Positions 28,324-38,609 of a DNA stretch of 64,000 bases are shown in pieces. Numbering within the stretch: position 1 is the stretch's first letter; each line of letters opens with the position of its first letter. The notes beneath the pieces were generated by a model. The model saw only the letters and a program-made list of their open reading frames with translations. It did no database searches and had not been told where the DNA came from. The position numbers and the translations under genes were made by a program. The stretch is from an uncultured Pseudomonadota bacterium (GTDB lineage: Bacteria; Myxococcota_A; Polyangia; Fen-1088), in contig CAWKBC010000047.1 in NCBI GenBank assembly GCA_963847705.1, positions 128,001 to 192,000 of the forward strand, given 5' to 3'.

Positions 28324-29708
28324 TCAGTTCGCACAGCGCGCCGATGGCGGCGTCGCCGCCGCCAGATCGCCGTCGGTGAGCGTCTCCAGGAAGCAGACCA
28401 GGTCGCTCACCTGCTGCTCGGTCATGGGGGGCTTCGTGCCCGGCGCCCGCCCATCGAGGGGGAGCTGGCTGTCGAGGTTCTTGCGGTCGCCGGCCGGAAG
28501 ATCGTCGTACTTCTGGACGGTGCCGCCCAGGTGCTGGGCGGTGACCAGGCCGTAGCGCGGGAAGTCGGGGTCGGGCTTCGCCTTGGCGCGACCGCCGGCG
28601 GTCGGGTACCAGAGCTCCGGGCGGGTGTCGCGGGTGTTGTAGAAGCGGACCGCCTGCTCGAGCGAGTGGATGACGCCGTTGTGGAAGAAGGCGCCGCGGG
28701 TGGCGACGTTGCGCAGGGTGGGCGTCTTGAACAGGCCGCAGTACTCGGGGAACTTGGTGTGATCGTCGCGGAGCGGGCCGCAGATGCCGAGATCGCGGTA
28801 CTTGTGGTCGCGGTTGGCGGGGATCTCCGGGTTGCGCGGGACGCCGATCGCCTCGAAGGAGAAGTCGGTGAACTGGGCCGGTGCGCCGTCGTTGAAGCTG
28901 GCGTCGGCCAGGTGGCAGCCCTGGCAGTTGCCGGTCTCCTTGTCCTTGAAGACCTTGAGCCCGCGTTCTTCGGCGGGCGTCAGCTCGGAGCCCGGCTTCT
29001 TGTAGAGATAGAGGTCGTACTTGCTGTTGTAAGGATGGAAGCTGGGGTCCTCGATCTGAAACGACTGCAGGGCCAGCTGCACCTTGCTGAAGGCGACGTC
29101 GACGTCGGCCAGCGCCGCCGCGCCGAAGGCGCCAACGAACTCGGGCGCCGCGGGTGAGGCCCGGAGCCTGGCCACCAGCTCGGCGGGGCTGGCGTTGGCC
29201 ATCTCGAACGGCGAGAGCAGCGGCGCCTTGGCCTGCTCGGAGAGCGAGTTGGCCCGCCCGTCCCAGGCGAACCCGCCGCCGGGCGCGGGGAGGCTGAAGC
29301 CGTCGGGGTTGTCGAGAGATCCAGATAGCCGGGGGTGAACTCCTTGTAGCGGATGGACGGCGTGGCGCGCAGTCCGGGCGAGGTCCCCTGGGGGCCACCG
29401 AGCTGCACCGCCAGGCCGTTGGGCGGACCGTAGCCGTGCGCCGGATCGTGGCAGGTCGCGCAGGACATCTGCCCGGAGGCGGAGAGGCTCTTGTCGAAGA
29501 AGAGGAGCTTGCCGACCTGCGCCGCCGGCGTGAGGTGGTGCGGGGGCGGGGCGGCCGGCCCGGGCGCCAGCTCGGCGGCCGGCTTCTCGGACGGGAGCTG
29601 CCCGACCGAACCGTCGGCACGCGAGCAGGCGTCGACGGGGAACGTGAGGCAGGCGAGCGCGAAAACGGTGCCTGCGTTGCGCTTCCAGATGTCTCGCGAA
29701 TCAATCAT
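28324..29708 (-). pseudogene. Di-heme cytochrome c peroxidase / MauG superfamily (BthA-like), frameshifted at ~29315
   Basis: GKLLFFDKSLSASGQMSCATCHDP; after shift FAWDGRA..L.EQA..PLL.P.EM, CQGCH, FKTPTLRNVA, FFHNG, FYNTRD. Confidence 0.88.
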
Positions 29709-29734
29709 GCGTCTCCCCGGGTTCGGTCTTGCCG

Positions 29735-29786
29735 AAACGAAAAACGACCGGCGCCCCTCACCCCGTCGAGCGGGGGGCGCCGGTCG
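29735..29786 (-). terminator. Rho-independent terminator after the phosphoesterase
   Basis: Minus strand CGACCGGCGCCCC...GGGGCGCCGGTCG followed by TTTTTCGTTT. Confidence 0.75.
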
Positions 29787-29799
29787 GAACGAGGACGGC

Positions 29800-32244
29800 C
29801 TACTGGTTAAAGTCGAACGCGTCCCACAGGTCGGTGAGCGCCGGGGAGTTGACCGGGGCGTACGGGTTGTCCGCGGTGGTCTGCGGGTTCGGCAGGTTGT
29901 CGCGGCTGCGGCCGGTGATCGGCGCGAGCTGCCAGTTCTTCTCGATGAACTTCAGGATCGAGACGTGGTCCGCGTACCCGTGGTTCACCTTACCGCCCGT
30001 GGTGTAGGGCGAGACGATGATGAGCGGGATCCGCGTGCCGTCGCCGAAGAAGTCGAGCGGCTGGATGTAGCCCGAGTCGTAGTAGCCGCCGCCCTCGTCG
30101 AAGGTGACCATCACGGCCGTGCTGGCCGCCAGCGCCGGGTTGGCCTGCAGCTTGACCAGGATGTTCTTCACGTACGACTCGTAAAGGTCGAGCTTCGACG
30201 ACGACGGGTGTCCGTCCATCACGCCGTCCGGGTGGGCGTAGGAGACCGACGGCAGCGTGCCGTTGGCGATGTCGGTGTACATGTCGGTGGTGTCCTTCAT
30301 GTGCTCCGCCACCGAGGCCGGATCGCCCATGACCTGGGCCTGGTACTCGAACGGGTTGCAGATCTGGCAGTAGCCGTTGTTGGTGTTGAACCCGCCGCCG
30401 TAGAAGCGCCAGGAGATCCCCTTGGCGTTGAGCGAGTCGGCGATCGACTTTTGGTTGGTGGGCGGCACCACCGTCCCCGACTGCACGTTGCCGTGCGGGT
30501 CGTAGGTCGGGTTGGTGTTGTTCAGGTAGTAGTAGGTGTTCGGCGCGCAGTTCGGGTTCGGGTGGCTGGGCAGCGAAGCCAGGTAGCCGAGGATCGGCGC
30601 GACGCCCGGCTGGGTCGGGTCGGAGCAGTTGCTGAAGTTTCCGTCCACCGTGTAGTTGTTGTTGGTCCCGGACTTGGGGTTCGGGTTGGCGATCAGGCTG
30701 GCCGGCGGCATGGCCGGGCTGCCGGTCTTTCCGTCGGTCCAGGCGACCGCGTCGCCGAAGCCGGCCATCGAGTGGTCGGCGCCCGTGCCGCCCATGAACG
30801 ACTGGTGCATGTTGTCCGACAGCGTGTAGCTGTTGGCCAGCATGGTGAGGAACGGCATGTCGCCGTTCTGCACGTTGGTGAACGCCATGCTGCTCCCCAC
30901 GCCGTTGTCCGAGGTGGAGAAGGAGATGCCGACGAACGGGAAGAGATCGCTCACGCAGCCGCTCGGGTTGGCGGCGGTGGCGTTGGAGACCGAGCAGTCG
31001 GTCTGCTGCCACATCTGGTAGAAGCGGTGGATGATGTCGCCGGTGTACGAGTCGTAGGGCATCGTCGGGCCGGTCAGCTGGAACGACCCGTTCGGCAGGT
31101 TGGCGGCGTTGGTGACGCGCGTGTCGACCGTGCGCGCCGGAAGGCCAGTGGCGCCGGTGGTCACCAGGTTGATGTCGGCCGGGAAGATGTCGGTCTCGAA
31201 GGCGGCCTGCGCGGTGGTCTGGAAGGGCGGCGCGGTCGGCCGCTGCGCGCTCGGCGCGCCCGAGGTGCTGGGCGGCGGCAGGGTCGCGTAGGGCGACTTG
31301 CTGTCGGGCGCGATCCAGAACGCCGTCTGCGCGGCGGCCTGTGACTGCGCGGAGACCGCGAAGTTCGGGCCGGGCGTGCCGTCGGCGTTGACGATCCCCT
31401 TCGACAGGAGGTTGGAGATCGTCTGTCCCGACTTGGGGACGTAGGTGCCGAAGGCGTGGTCGAAGGACCGGTTCTCGCCGATGAGCACGATGACGTGCTT
31501 GATCGGCGATTGCGCCTGCGGCTCCGTGCAGACGACGTCGATCGACTGCTGCGAGGCGCAGGCCGAGTCGCCGTCGGAGGCCGCCAGGGTGACCGTCACC
31601 ATGCCCACCTGGGTGCAGGTGAAGTTGGCGCTGGCGCTGGCCGGGGTGTCGATGGTGCCGGAGCTGGCCGTCCAGCCATAGCTGAGCGCCGCGGGGCCGT
31701 GGTCGACGTCGACCGCGGTGGCGGTGAGCGAGATGGTCCCGCCGACGGCGGCGTTGGCCGGGCTGGCGCCGACCGCGTCGATGCGCGGGCAGGCGTTGAG
31801 CACGCCGTTGACCACGATGCTGCCGGTCTGCGGCTGCAGGTTGCAGGTGATCGCAACCGGGACCGCGACGGTCGTCGTGCTGGTCACGTCGAACGAGGCG
31901 GAGCCCATGCAGACGCCCAGGCCGTCGGCGGTGGTCCCCTTGAGGGAGATCTGATAGCCGGTGCCGAACGGGATCCCGCTGATGATGGCGTTGACCGCCG
32001 AGCTGTTGGTGACGTCGATGGTTCCCGTGCGGGTGTAGCCCGCGGGGCCGGTGATGGTGTAGCTGACCGTGTTCAGGGTGACGTCGACACCGACCACCAG
32101 GCCGATGCTGATGTTGCCGAGATTTTGTGAGGGGGGGCCCGATTCGACCGGATCGGTCGAACAGCCGGCGATCCATCCGCCGGCGGAGAGCCCGCCCGCG
32201 AGGAGCGCGCTGAGCAGGGTGACTTTCGTTGTTCTCTTCGTCAT
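29800..32244 (-). CDS. Phosphoesterase (phospholipase C / AcpA family) lipoprotein with N-terminal Ig-like stalk
   Basis: AAAGGA RBS, lipobox IAGC; IKHVIVLIGENRSFDH, LSDNMHQ..GGTGADH, DGHP, TFDEGGGYYD, GTRIP, DHVSILKFIE.NW. Confidence 0.9.
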   Translation of the reverse strand: MTKRTTKVTLLSALLAGGLSAGGWIAGCSTDPVESGPPSQNLGNISIGLVVGVDVTLNTVSYTITGPAGYTRTGTIDVTNSSAVNAIISGIPFGTGYQISLKGTTADGLGVCMGSASFDVTSTTTVAVPVAITCNLQPQTGSIVVNGVLNACPRIDAVGASPANAAVGGTISLTATAVDVDHGPAALSYGWTASSGTIDTPASASANFTCTQVGMVTVTLAASDGDSACASQQSIDVVCTEPQAQSPIKHVIVLIGENRSFDHAFGTYVPKSGQTISNLLSKGIVNADGTPGPNFAVSAQSQAAAQTAFWIAPDSKSPYATLPPPSTSGAPSAQRPTAPPFQTTAQAAFETDIFPADINLVTTGATGLPARTVDTRVTNAANLPNGSFQLTGPTMPYDSYTGDIIHRFYQMWQQTDCSVSNATAANPSGCVSDLFPFVGISFSTSDNGVGSSMAFTNVQNGDMPFLTMLANSYTLSDNMHQSFMGGTGADHSMAGFGDAVAWTDGKTGSPAMPPASLIANPNPKSGTNNNYTVDGNFSNCSDPTQPGVAPILGYLASLPSHPNPNCAPNTYYYLNNTNPTYDPHGNVQSGTVVPPTNQKSIADSLNAKGISWRFYGGGFNTNNGYCQICNPFEYQAQVMGDPASVAEHMKDTTDMYTDIANGTLPSVSYAHPDGVMDGHPSSSKLDLYESYVKNILVKLQANPALAASTAVMVTFDEGGGYYDSGYIQPLDFFGDGTRIPLIIVSPYTTGGKVNHGYADHVSILKFIEKNWQLAPITGRSRDNLPNPQTTADNPYAPVNSPALTDLWDAFDFNQ

Positions 32245-32646
32245 TGACCGTCGTCCTTTTTCCGAAAACGTCCGACAACGCTCGCGGCGCCCGCCATTCG
32301 AGCGCGGGCGTCGCACTGAGCGACGGCACTCTATGAAGTGCCGCGAAGGACGAGGGCGACAGTTGGGCTGCGGTTGTGCGAGCGCGCGTCACGGCTCGAT
32401 GTCGCGCGCGTGAATGCCGTCGCGAAATCGGAGGGGCCCGTTCGAAAATCGAAGGCCCGAACGCGAGATCGTTTGAAGTCCGGAGAGCGCCAGGGCCGTC
32501 GGTGAGCGTCGGCGCCCGTTCGCCGGGTCAATGCGCCGTTGCCTGATCGGTTCGGCCGACTGCGGGATTCCATGATCTTGTTCTTGGGAGAGCGAGGACC
32601 ACGTTCATCGGTGAGCCTCAAAACGGCAGAGAAGGAGAACGCGATC

Positions 32647-33252
32647 ATGAAAACCAGACTGAGCCACAAGACGTTCATGGCGGTGCCGCTGGCGCTCGCG
32701 CTGGCGATTGCAGCGATGAGCTGCGCGTCGACCGAGATGACCAGCAGCTGGACCGATCCCTCCGCAAAGGGGGCGTCGCTCTCCAAGGTCGCGGTCATCT
32801 GTCTGGCGAAGGACCCGGGTCTGCGGCGAATGGCCGAGAACACCGCCGCCTCCAACCTGAAGGGCGCGGACGCGGTGCCGAGCTACCAGGTGCTGGGCGA
32901 CACCGACCTCAAGAACCGCGAGCTGGTGAAGGCGAAGCTGTTGTCGCTGGGGTTCCAGGGTGCGCTCATCATGCGGGTGGCCAGCGTCAACGAACAGGTC
33001 ACCGCGGTGGACGGCCCCTACGGCACCTTCGACGGCTACTACGACTGGGCCGGCGCCGCCGTGTACGCCCCGGGCTATCTGGAGACGGACACCGTCGTCC
33101 ACGTGGTCAGCAACCTCTACTCGCTGAACGATCAGAAGCTGATCTGGTCGGGCGTCAGCGAGACCTTCGATCCGGCCTCCGCGCAGTCGTTCATGAACGA
33201 CGTCTCGAAGGCGGTCGCCAAGTCGATTCAGAAGGATCACCTGGTCCTCTGA
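32647..33252 (+). CDS. Lipoprotein (DUF4136-like)
   Basis: AAGGAG RBS, lipobox AMSC, SSW.DP, RR.AE, SNLYSL...KLIWSGVSET. Confidence 0.7.
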   Translation: MKTRLSHKTFMAVPLALALAIAAMSCASTEMTSSWTDPSAKGASLSKVAVICLAKDPGLRRMAENTAASNLKGADAVPSYQVLGDTDLKNRELVKAKLLSLGFQGALIMRVASVNEQVTAVDGPYGTFDGYYDWAGAAVYAPGYLETDTVVHVVSNLYSLNDQKLIWSGVSETFDPASAQSFMNDVSKAVAKSIQKDHLVL

Positions 33253-33374
33253 GGCTCCAGCGCTCGACGGGCCGGAGGGGCGAGCTCCCATCGCCACGTC
33301 CGGCCCGTTTCGTTTGCAACCTTCTTGCAGGCCGCTCACCGGCGGCGCCGGGTGAGCGGCCAGAGGCGCGGCGG

Positions 33375-33689
33375 CTATTTCGGCTTCGCCGCGCCGGCGG
33401 CTTTGTCGGGCTTCGCGCTCCCCTTCGACTCGATGTTCTTGGCGGACATCGTGTACTCGATGGTGACCTTGTCGCCGACCTTCACGTCGCCGGGCGCTTT
33501 GGTCTCCTTGTCGCGCGCGAGCTGCCACTTCTCCTTCCCCTTCTGAACAGTGATGGTCGAGTCGGTCACCTCGAGGACCGGTCCCGTCACCTGGTAGGTC
33601 TTGGTGGCTTCCGCGCGGGCCGCGGCGGGAAGTGCCGCCGCAGTGGCCAGCGCCAGCAGTCCTCCGCCGATCAAACTCGAGAGCTTCAT
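33375..33689 (-). CDS. Small secreted OB-fold-like protein
   Basis: GAGGAGGA RBS, signal peptide, YQVTGPVLEV...KVGDKVTIEY. Confidence 0.75.
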   Translation of the reverse strand: MKLSSLIGGGLLALATAAALPAAARAEATKTYQVTGPVLEVTDSTITVQKGKEKWQLARDKETKAPGDVKVGDKVTIEYTMSAKNIESKGSAKPDKAAGAAKPK

Positions 33690-33873
33690 GGGAATCCTCC
33701 TCGTGGACGGCAAGCCTGGGTCGCACGCGCGCCGCCACCAGATCAGCCTTCGCCCGATCCGTCTGGCCAACGGGCTTCGCTTGACAATCGATCGGGCCGG
33801 CTCCCCTTTGTAAGGAGAGCGGTCGTCGAACGCACTGCGAGCCCTGCTCGAGCGCCAGCGGCCGTCGGGCCTC

Positions 33874-36434
33874 ATGCGCAGCGAGCACGACCATTTCCCC
33901 TTTCTGAAGGGGGGCGGAGTATCGGGGAAGCTGGCCCGATCGCTCGACTGGTCTCGCACGCCACTGGGAGCGCCGGGTGGGTGGCCGCAGAGCCTCAAGA
34001 CCATCGTCGGCGTCGTCCTGCAGTCGCGCCACCCGATGTTCCTCTGGTGGGGCCCCGAGCTGATCCAGGTCTACAACGACGCCTATCTGCCCAGCTTTGG
34101 TGCCGACAAGCACCCGGCCGCCATGGGACAGCGAGGCCGGGACTCCTGGCAGGAGATCTGGCCGATCATCTGGCCCCAGATCGACGACGTGATGAGCCGC
34201 GGGCGGTCGAGCTGGAACCAGGACCAGCTGGTGCCGGTGTTCCGCAACGGGCGTCTCGAGGAGGTCTACTGGACCTACGGCTACTCTCCGGTCCTCGACG
34301 ACCAGGGGGGATCGGCGGTGTGCTGGTGGTCGTCAACGAGACGACCTCGCAGGTGGTCGTCGCCAGGCGGGATCGCACCATGCGTTCGCTCGCCGAGCGG
34401 ACCGCGCTGACCACCGATTCCACGGTGATGCTGAACGCCGCCATCGATGCGCTGCAGGAGGCGCGTCATGACGTTCCGTTCGCGCTCGTCTACCGCTCCG
34501 AGGGAAGATCGCGCGCGCTCCGGCTGGTCCGCGCGGCGGGGCTGGCCGAGCCAGCGACGGTGGACGCCACCGTGCGCGGACGGATGGGCGCCCTTCCGTT
34601 CGGCGAGGGAGAGCCGCGGGCCATGGTGCTCCCGTGCGACGCCGCCTGCGCGCTGCCAGGCGGGGTCTGGCCGGAGCCCGCCCCGGCGCTGTTCGTCATC
34701 CCCGTCGCCCCCTCGGGCCGGGAGAAGTCCTCCGACGTCATCGTGTTCGGGCTGAGCCCACGGTTGCCGTTCGACGACGGCTATCGCAATCACCTGACCC
34801 AGATCGCGAATCATCTGGGGTTTGCCCAGGCCCAGATCAACGCCTTTCGCATTCAGGCGGCGGCGGACAACGAGCGGAACAACCTCCTCCTGCAGGCACC
34901 GGTCGGGACCGCGCTGCTGTCGGGTCCCGAGCACGTGTTTCGACTGGCCAACCCTCGTTTCCGCCGGATGGTGCGCAGAGACGACATCGTGGGGAAGACC
35001 TACCGGCAGGCCTTCCCCCGTCCCGAGGAGAGACCGCTCGGCGAGATCCTCGAGCGGGTCTACGAGACCGGTGAGCCGTTCAGCACGGACGAATACCTGG
35101 TCCCCGCCGATCTGCAGGACGACGGCACGCGCGTCGATCGCTACTTCAGGTTCAACCTCGAGCCGCTGCGCGACGCCGAGGAGAAGGTCTACGGGATGAT
35201 GGCGGTGGCGATCGAGATCTCCGAACAGGTGCGGGCGCGGCAGGTCCTGGAGCGATCGCAGGAGGAACACCAGAAGCTCCTGGCCGACCTGGAGGCCGCC
35301 AGCCGCGCCAAGGACGAGTTCCTGGCCATGCTGGGACACGAGCTGCGCAACCCGCTGTCGCCGATCGCCACGGCGCTCCAGATGATGAAGTTGCGGGGCG
35401 ACTCGCGAACCACCCGGGAGCAGCAGGTCATCGAGCGGCAGGTCAATCACCTCACCCGCCTGGTCGACGATCTCCTGGACGTCTCCAAGATCACCCGCGG
35501 GAAGGTGGAGCTGCGCAAGGAGAAGGTCGAGATCGCCGACGTGATCGCCAAGGCGGTCGAGATGGCGAGCGATCTCTTCGAGCAGCGCAACCACGACCTC
35601 TCCGTCGACGTTCCGGAGGAGCGACTGTGGGTCTGCGGCGATCCGGTGCGGCTCGCCCAGGTGGTGGCGAACCTGCTGACCAACGCGGCCCGCTACACGG
35701 AGCGGGGCGGAAAGATCATCGTGAGCGCGCGGCGCGAAGGCGCTGAGATCGTCGTCCGGGTCGAGGACAACGGCTCGGGGATCTCGTCCGACCTGCTCCC
35801 CCGGATCTTCGATCTCTTCGTGCAGGGGCACCGGAGCTCCGATCGGGCACAGGGCGGTCTCGGTCTCGGCCTCGCGCTGGTCAAGAACCTGGTCGCGCTT
35901 CATGGCGGCAGCGTCGTGGCCCTGAGCGACGGTCCCGGGAAGGGGAGCGAGTTCGTGATCCGGTTGCCGCTGGCCGAGGCAGGGGGGGCGGCCTCGGTCC
36001 GGTCGGAGCAGGGCCGGGCGCCACCGCCCGCGAACGTTCACAGCAAGCGCATCCTCATGGTCGACGACAACAATGACGCGGCGGACTCTCTCGCCGACCT
36101 GCTCCGCGACGTCGGCCACCAGGTCGAAGTCGCTTACAGCCCCGTCGCCGCGCTGAAGGTCGTCGAATCGTTTCGACCCGAGGTCGCGGTGCTCGACATC
36201 GGGCTGCCCGTGATGGACGGCTACGAGCTCGCCGCGCGCCTCCGGGCGAACCCCGTGACCGCGAACTGTCTGCTCATCGCGCTCACCGGGTACGGACAGT
36301 CCCACGACCGGATCCGCAGCGAAGAGGGCGGTTTCCAGTACCACCTCGTCAAACCGGTGGACATCGCCCAGCTGTTCAGGATCGTGGCGGGCGATGGAAC
36401 GGCCGCCGCTGGCGCATCGCCCGACATCCATTGA
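33874..36434 (+). pseudogene. Hybrid histidine kinase (PAS-like, GAF-like, PAS, HisKA, HATPase, REC), frameshifted in the G6 run at 34305-34310
   Basis: DWSRTPLGAP..WPQSL N-terminus; one extra G gives DQGGIGGVLVVV; LGHELRNPL, NLLTNAARY, GGLGLGL, LDIGLPVMDG. Confidence 0.9.
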
Positions 36435-36496
36435 GGGGCCGGGCGGAGGGTCGCCGGAGCGACCCGCCGCCGATCAACAACGGCTCGTTCGTCCGC

Positions 36497-36892
36497 TTAC
36501 TTGGCGGCCGTGCCCTCGCCAGCCTTCTCGCCGGCCTTCTTGGACTTGACGCCGGCCTTCTCGGCCTCGTTGCCGGATTTCTCCATCTGCTTGGCCTCGT
36601 CGCCGCGTGCCTCGCCGGCCTTCTCGATCGCCGCACCCTTCTTCTTCTTCTGCTTCCCCGCCGCCTCTTCGGTCTTGTTGCCGGACTTCTTCCCCATCGA
36701 CTCCTCGTCCTTGCCCGCTTTCTCCATCTTGGCGCCCTTGGCCTTGTCGGCGTTGGCGGCCTTCTCTTCGGCGTTCCCCTTCTTCTCCATCGAATTGCCG
36801 GCTTTTTCACCGGCGGTCTGGGCACGGGCCGGACCAGCGATGAAGGCGACAGTGAAGAGCGTGAGCGTGAGACGAAGTAGCGAACGAACCAT
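36497..36892 (-). CDS. Secreted Lys/Glu/Ala-rich low-complexity protein
   Basis: GGAGG RBS, signal peptide ending ARA-Q, repeated (M/I)EKxG units. Confidence 0.7.
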   Translation of the reverse strand: MVRSLLRLTLTLFTVAFIAGPARAQTAGEKAGNSMEKKGNAEEKAANADKAKGAKMEKAGKDEESMGKKSGNKTEEAAGKQKKKKGAAIEKAGEARGDEAKQMEKSGNEAEKAGVKSKKAGEKAGEGTAAK

Positions 36893-37177
36893 GCGTGAAC
36901 CTCCGGATTGGGTAAAAGAACGGGGAGAGCGACGAACGCGTGACACGTTCGACTCCCCGAATGTAAGTCGCTTCCTGATTACGGATAGGGGCGCGGACTA
37001 CACGGGAGGCCCCAGGAGGGCGTCGCCGAAAGGCGACGGTGAGCGAAGCGAACCATGCCCGAGACGTGCCGCCCGATGGGCGGCCCAGGCGGCAAGAAGC
37101 GGCGCACGGCCGCCGGTCCCAGCTTGCTTGGCCTTTGCCGCAACAGCCGACGGAGCTCGCCGAGCTGGGGGCGCCCG

Positions 37178-38074
37178 TCAGCGGCCGGCGACCCAGCGCA
37201 GCGCACCGACCAGCAGGTGCCGGAACAGCGGGTCGCAGTAGCTCTCGTCGGTGTGGCCCATCGCCGTATAGAAGGCGCGCCCGCCGCCGCCGGTCGGATG
37301 TGACCAGGTGATGGGGTGGTCGGCGCCCATCGTCCCGCCGGTGTACGTCGACTCGTCGACGGTGGCCAGCACCGTCACGTTGGGCCGCGGGTTGGTCTGA
37401 AAGTTGTACCACTCGTCGGTGCGGACCCACGGCGACGGCAGACCGACGGTGGCAGGATGATCCGCGACCTCGATGTCGACACTGGCCTGCTGGATGGCGG
37501 GGTGACTGAGGAAGTAAGCGCCCATCAGCGCGCCGTAGAACGGCCAGTCGTGCTCCGTGTCGGCCGCCGAATGGACGCCGACGTAGCCACCGCCCCCGGC
37601 AATCCAGGCCTCGAACGCGGCCTGCTGGTCGTCGTCGAGCACGTCACCCGTCGTCAGCAGAAACACCACCACCTGGAATCGCGCCAGGTTTTCGGGCGAG
37701 AACTGCGTTGGATCCTCGCTCGCCTCGGCGACGTATCCGCCGGTCGCTTGCAGGGCCATCAGCTGCGCGATGGCGGTGGGGATCGATTCGTGCCGGAACC
37801 CGGCGGTGCGGCTGAACAGCAGCACCCTGAACGGCGCGCCCGCGTCGCCGTCCGTCGCGCCGACGCCGGCGTCGGTCGTGGCGGCGGCGTCGGCGGCAGC
37901 GGCAGCATCGGCAGCATCGGCGTCGGCAGCATCGGCAGCATCGGCAGCATCGGCAGCACTGGATCGACTGGCGGCGCCGGGGCACACGAACGCGGGCGCC
38001 GGCGTTGGCGTCGTGCTGTTGCACGCTGCCAGCGCAGGCACGAGCGCGACCGCAAGCAGGCGGGACGATGCCAC
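37178..38074 (-). CDS. ThuA-domain lipoprotein
   Basis: Lipobox LAAC, VLLFSRTAGFRHESIP, TTGDVL, GGGYVGVHSA.DTE, DEWYNF, FYTAMGH. Confidence 0.92.
   Translation of the reverse strand: MASSRLLAVALVPALAACNSTTPTPAPAFVCPGAASRSSAADAADAADAADADAADAAAAADAAATTDAGVGATDGDAGAPFRVLLFSRTAGFRHESIPTAIAQLMALQATGGYVAEASEDPTQFSPENLARFQVVVFLLTTGDVLDDDQQAAFEAWIAGGGGYVGVHSAADTEHDWPFYGALMGAYFLSHPAIQQASVDIEVADHPATVGLPSPWVRTDEWYNFQTNPRPNVTVLATVDESTYTGGTMGADHPITWSHPTGGGGRAFYTAMGHTDESYCDPLFRHLLVGALRWVAGR
37895..37958 (-). repeat. 9-bp coding tandem repeat (Ala-Asp-Ala)
   Basis: GGCAGCATC repeated about 6 times on plus strand. Confidence 0.85.
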
Positions 38075-38251
38075 GCGGGGATACTACGCCCGGCCCGCCC
38101 CGGCACGGCAGGAAGCTGCTCCGGGTGCCCAGGCGAGGGGACCGCGTTTCAAGGATTCCCGGCGATGTAACGGAACGGTCGGGATTGAGCCAGGTCGTTA
38201 CCATCCGGTCCCATTCGACCCTTAGGTCGGCGGCTTACAGGGCCGCTCACT

Positions 38252-38267
38252 TGGCATGATTGTCGCT
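38252..38267 (+). promoter_or_regulatory. Sigma54 -24/-12 promoter
   Basis: TGGCATGATTGTCGCT: GG-N10-GC. Confidence 0.55.
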
Positions 38268-38280
38268 GTTCGTCAGCCGC

Positions 38281-38586
38281 ATGAGTTCACTGCAGAAGAA
38301 ACCAGGGATTCCAGCCAAATCGGTCAAGAAGTCAGTCAAGAAGGCGGCCCGGAAGGTGGCCAAGGTGGCCAATGTGGCAGCGACAGCGGCCAGGCCGACT
38401 GGTTCCGCGCTGGCGATCGTCGCGCGTCGCGCTCCGCCCAGCCCCCGCGTCGTGAAGCGTGCGCGGGCGACGCTGACGGCGCTGCCGAGTCGCGCGAGAA
38501 GCTTCGTGAAGCGCAATCCCGTGCGGGTGCTTCTGGGTGCTTCGGCGCTTGGTCTGGTTCTGGCCAAGCTGAGACAGCTCGTTTGA
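38281..38586 (+). CDS. Small basic protein with ElaB/YqjD-like C-terminal membrane anchor
   Basis: KSVKKSVKKAARKVAK N-terminus; FVKRNPVRVLLGASALGLVLAKL tail. Confidence 0.6.
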   Translation: MSSLQKKPGIPAKSVKKSVKKAARKVAKVANVAATAARPTGSALAIVARRAPPSPRVVKRARATLTALPSRARSFVKRNPVRVLLGASALGLVLAKLRQLV

Positions 38587-38609
38587 GCGGCTCGGCGCAG
38601 CGAGCCCGG

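Noticed and set aside
29491-32392. Long overlapping ORFs 29491..31344 (+) and 29990..32392 (-)
   Set aside because: Arg-rich off-frame or antisense shadows typical of high-GC coding DNA
34281-36431. 716-aa minus-strand ORF
   Set aside because: Antisense shadow of the hybrid kinase
37021-37038. CGTCGCC-GAAA-GGCGACG hairpin as part of an ncRNA or riboswitch
   Set aside because: Isolated hairpin with no further recognisable conserved structure or U-tract
38172-38199. ECF-type promoter GGAAC...CGTT
   Set aside because: Spacer is 19 bp rather than 16-17
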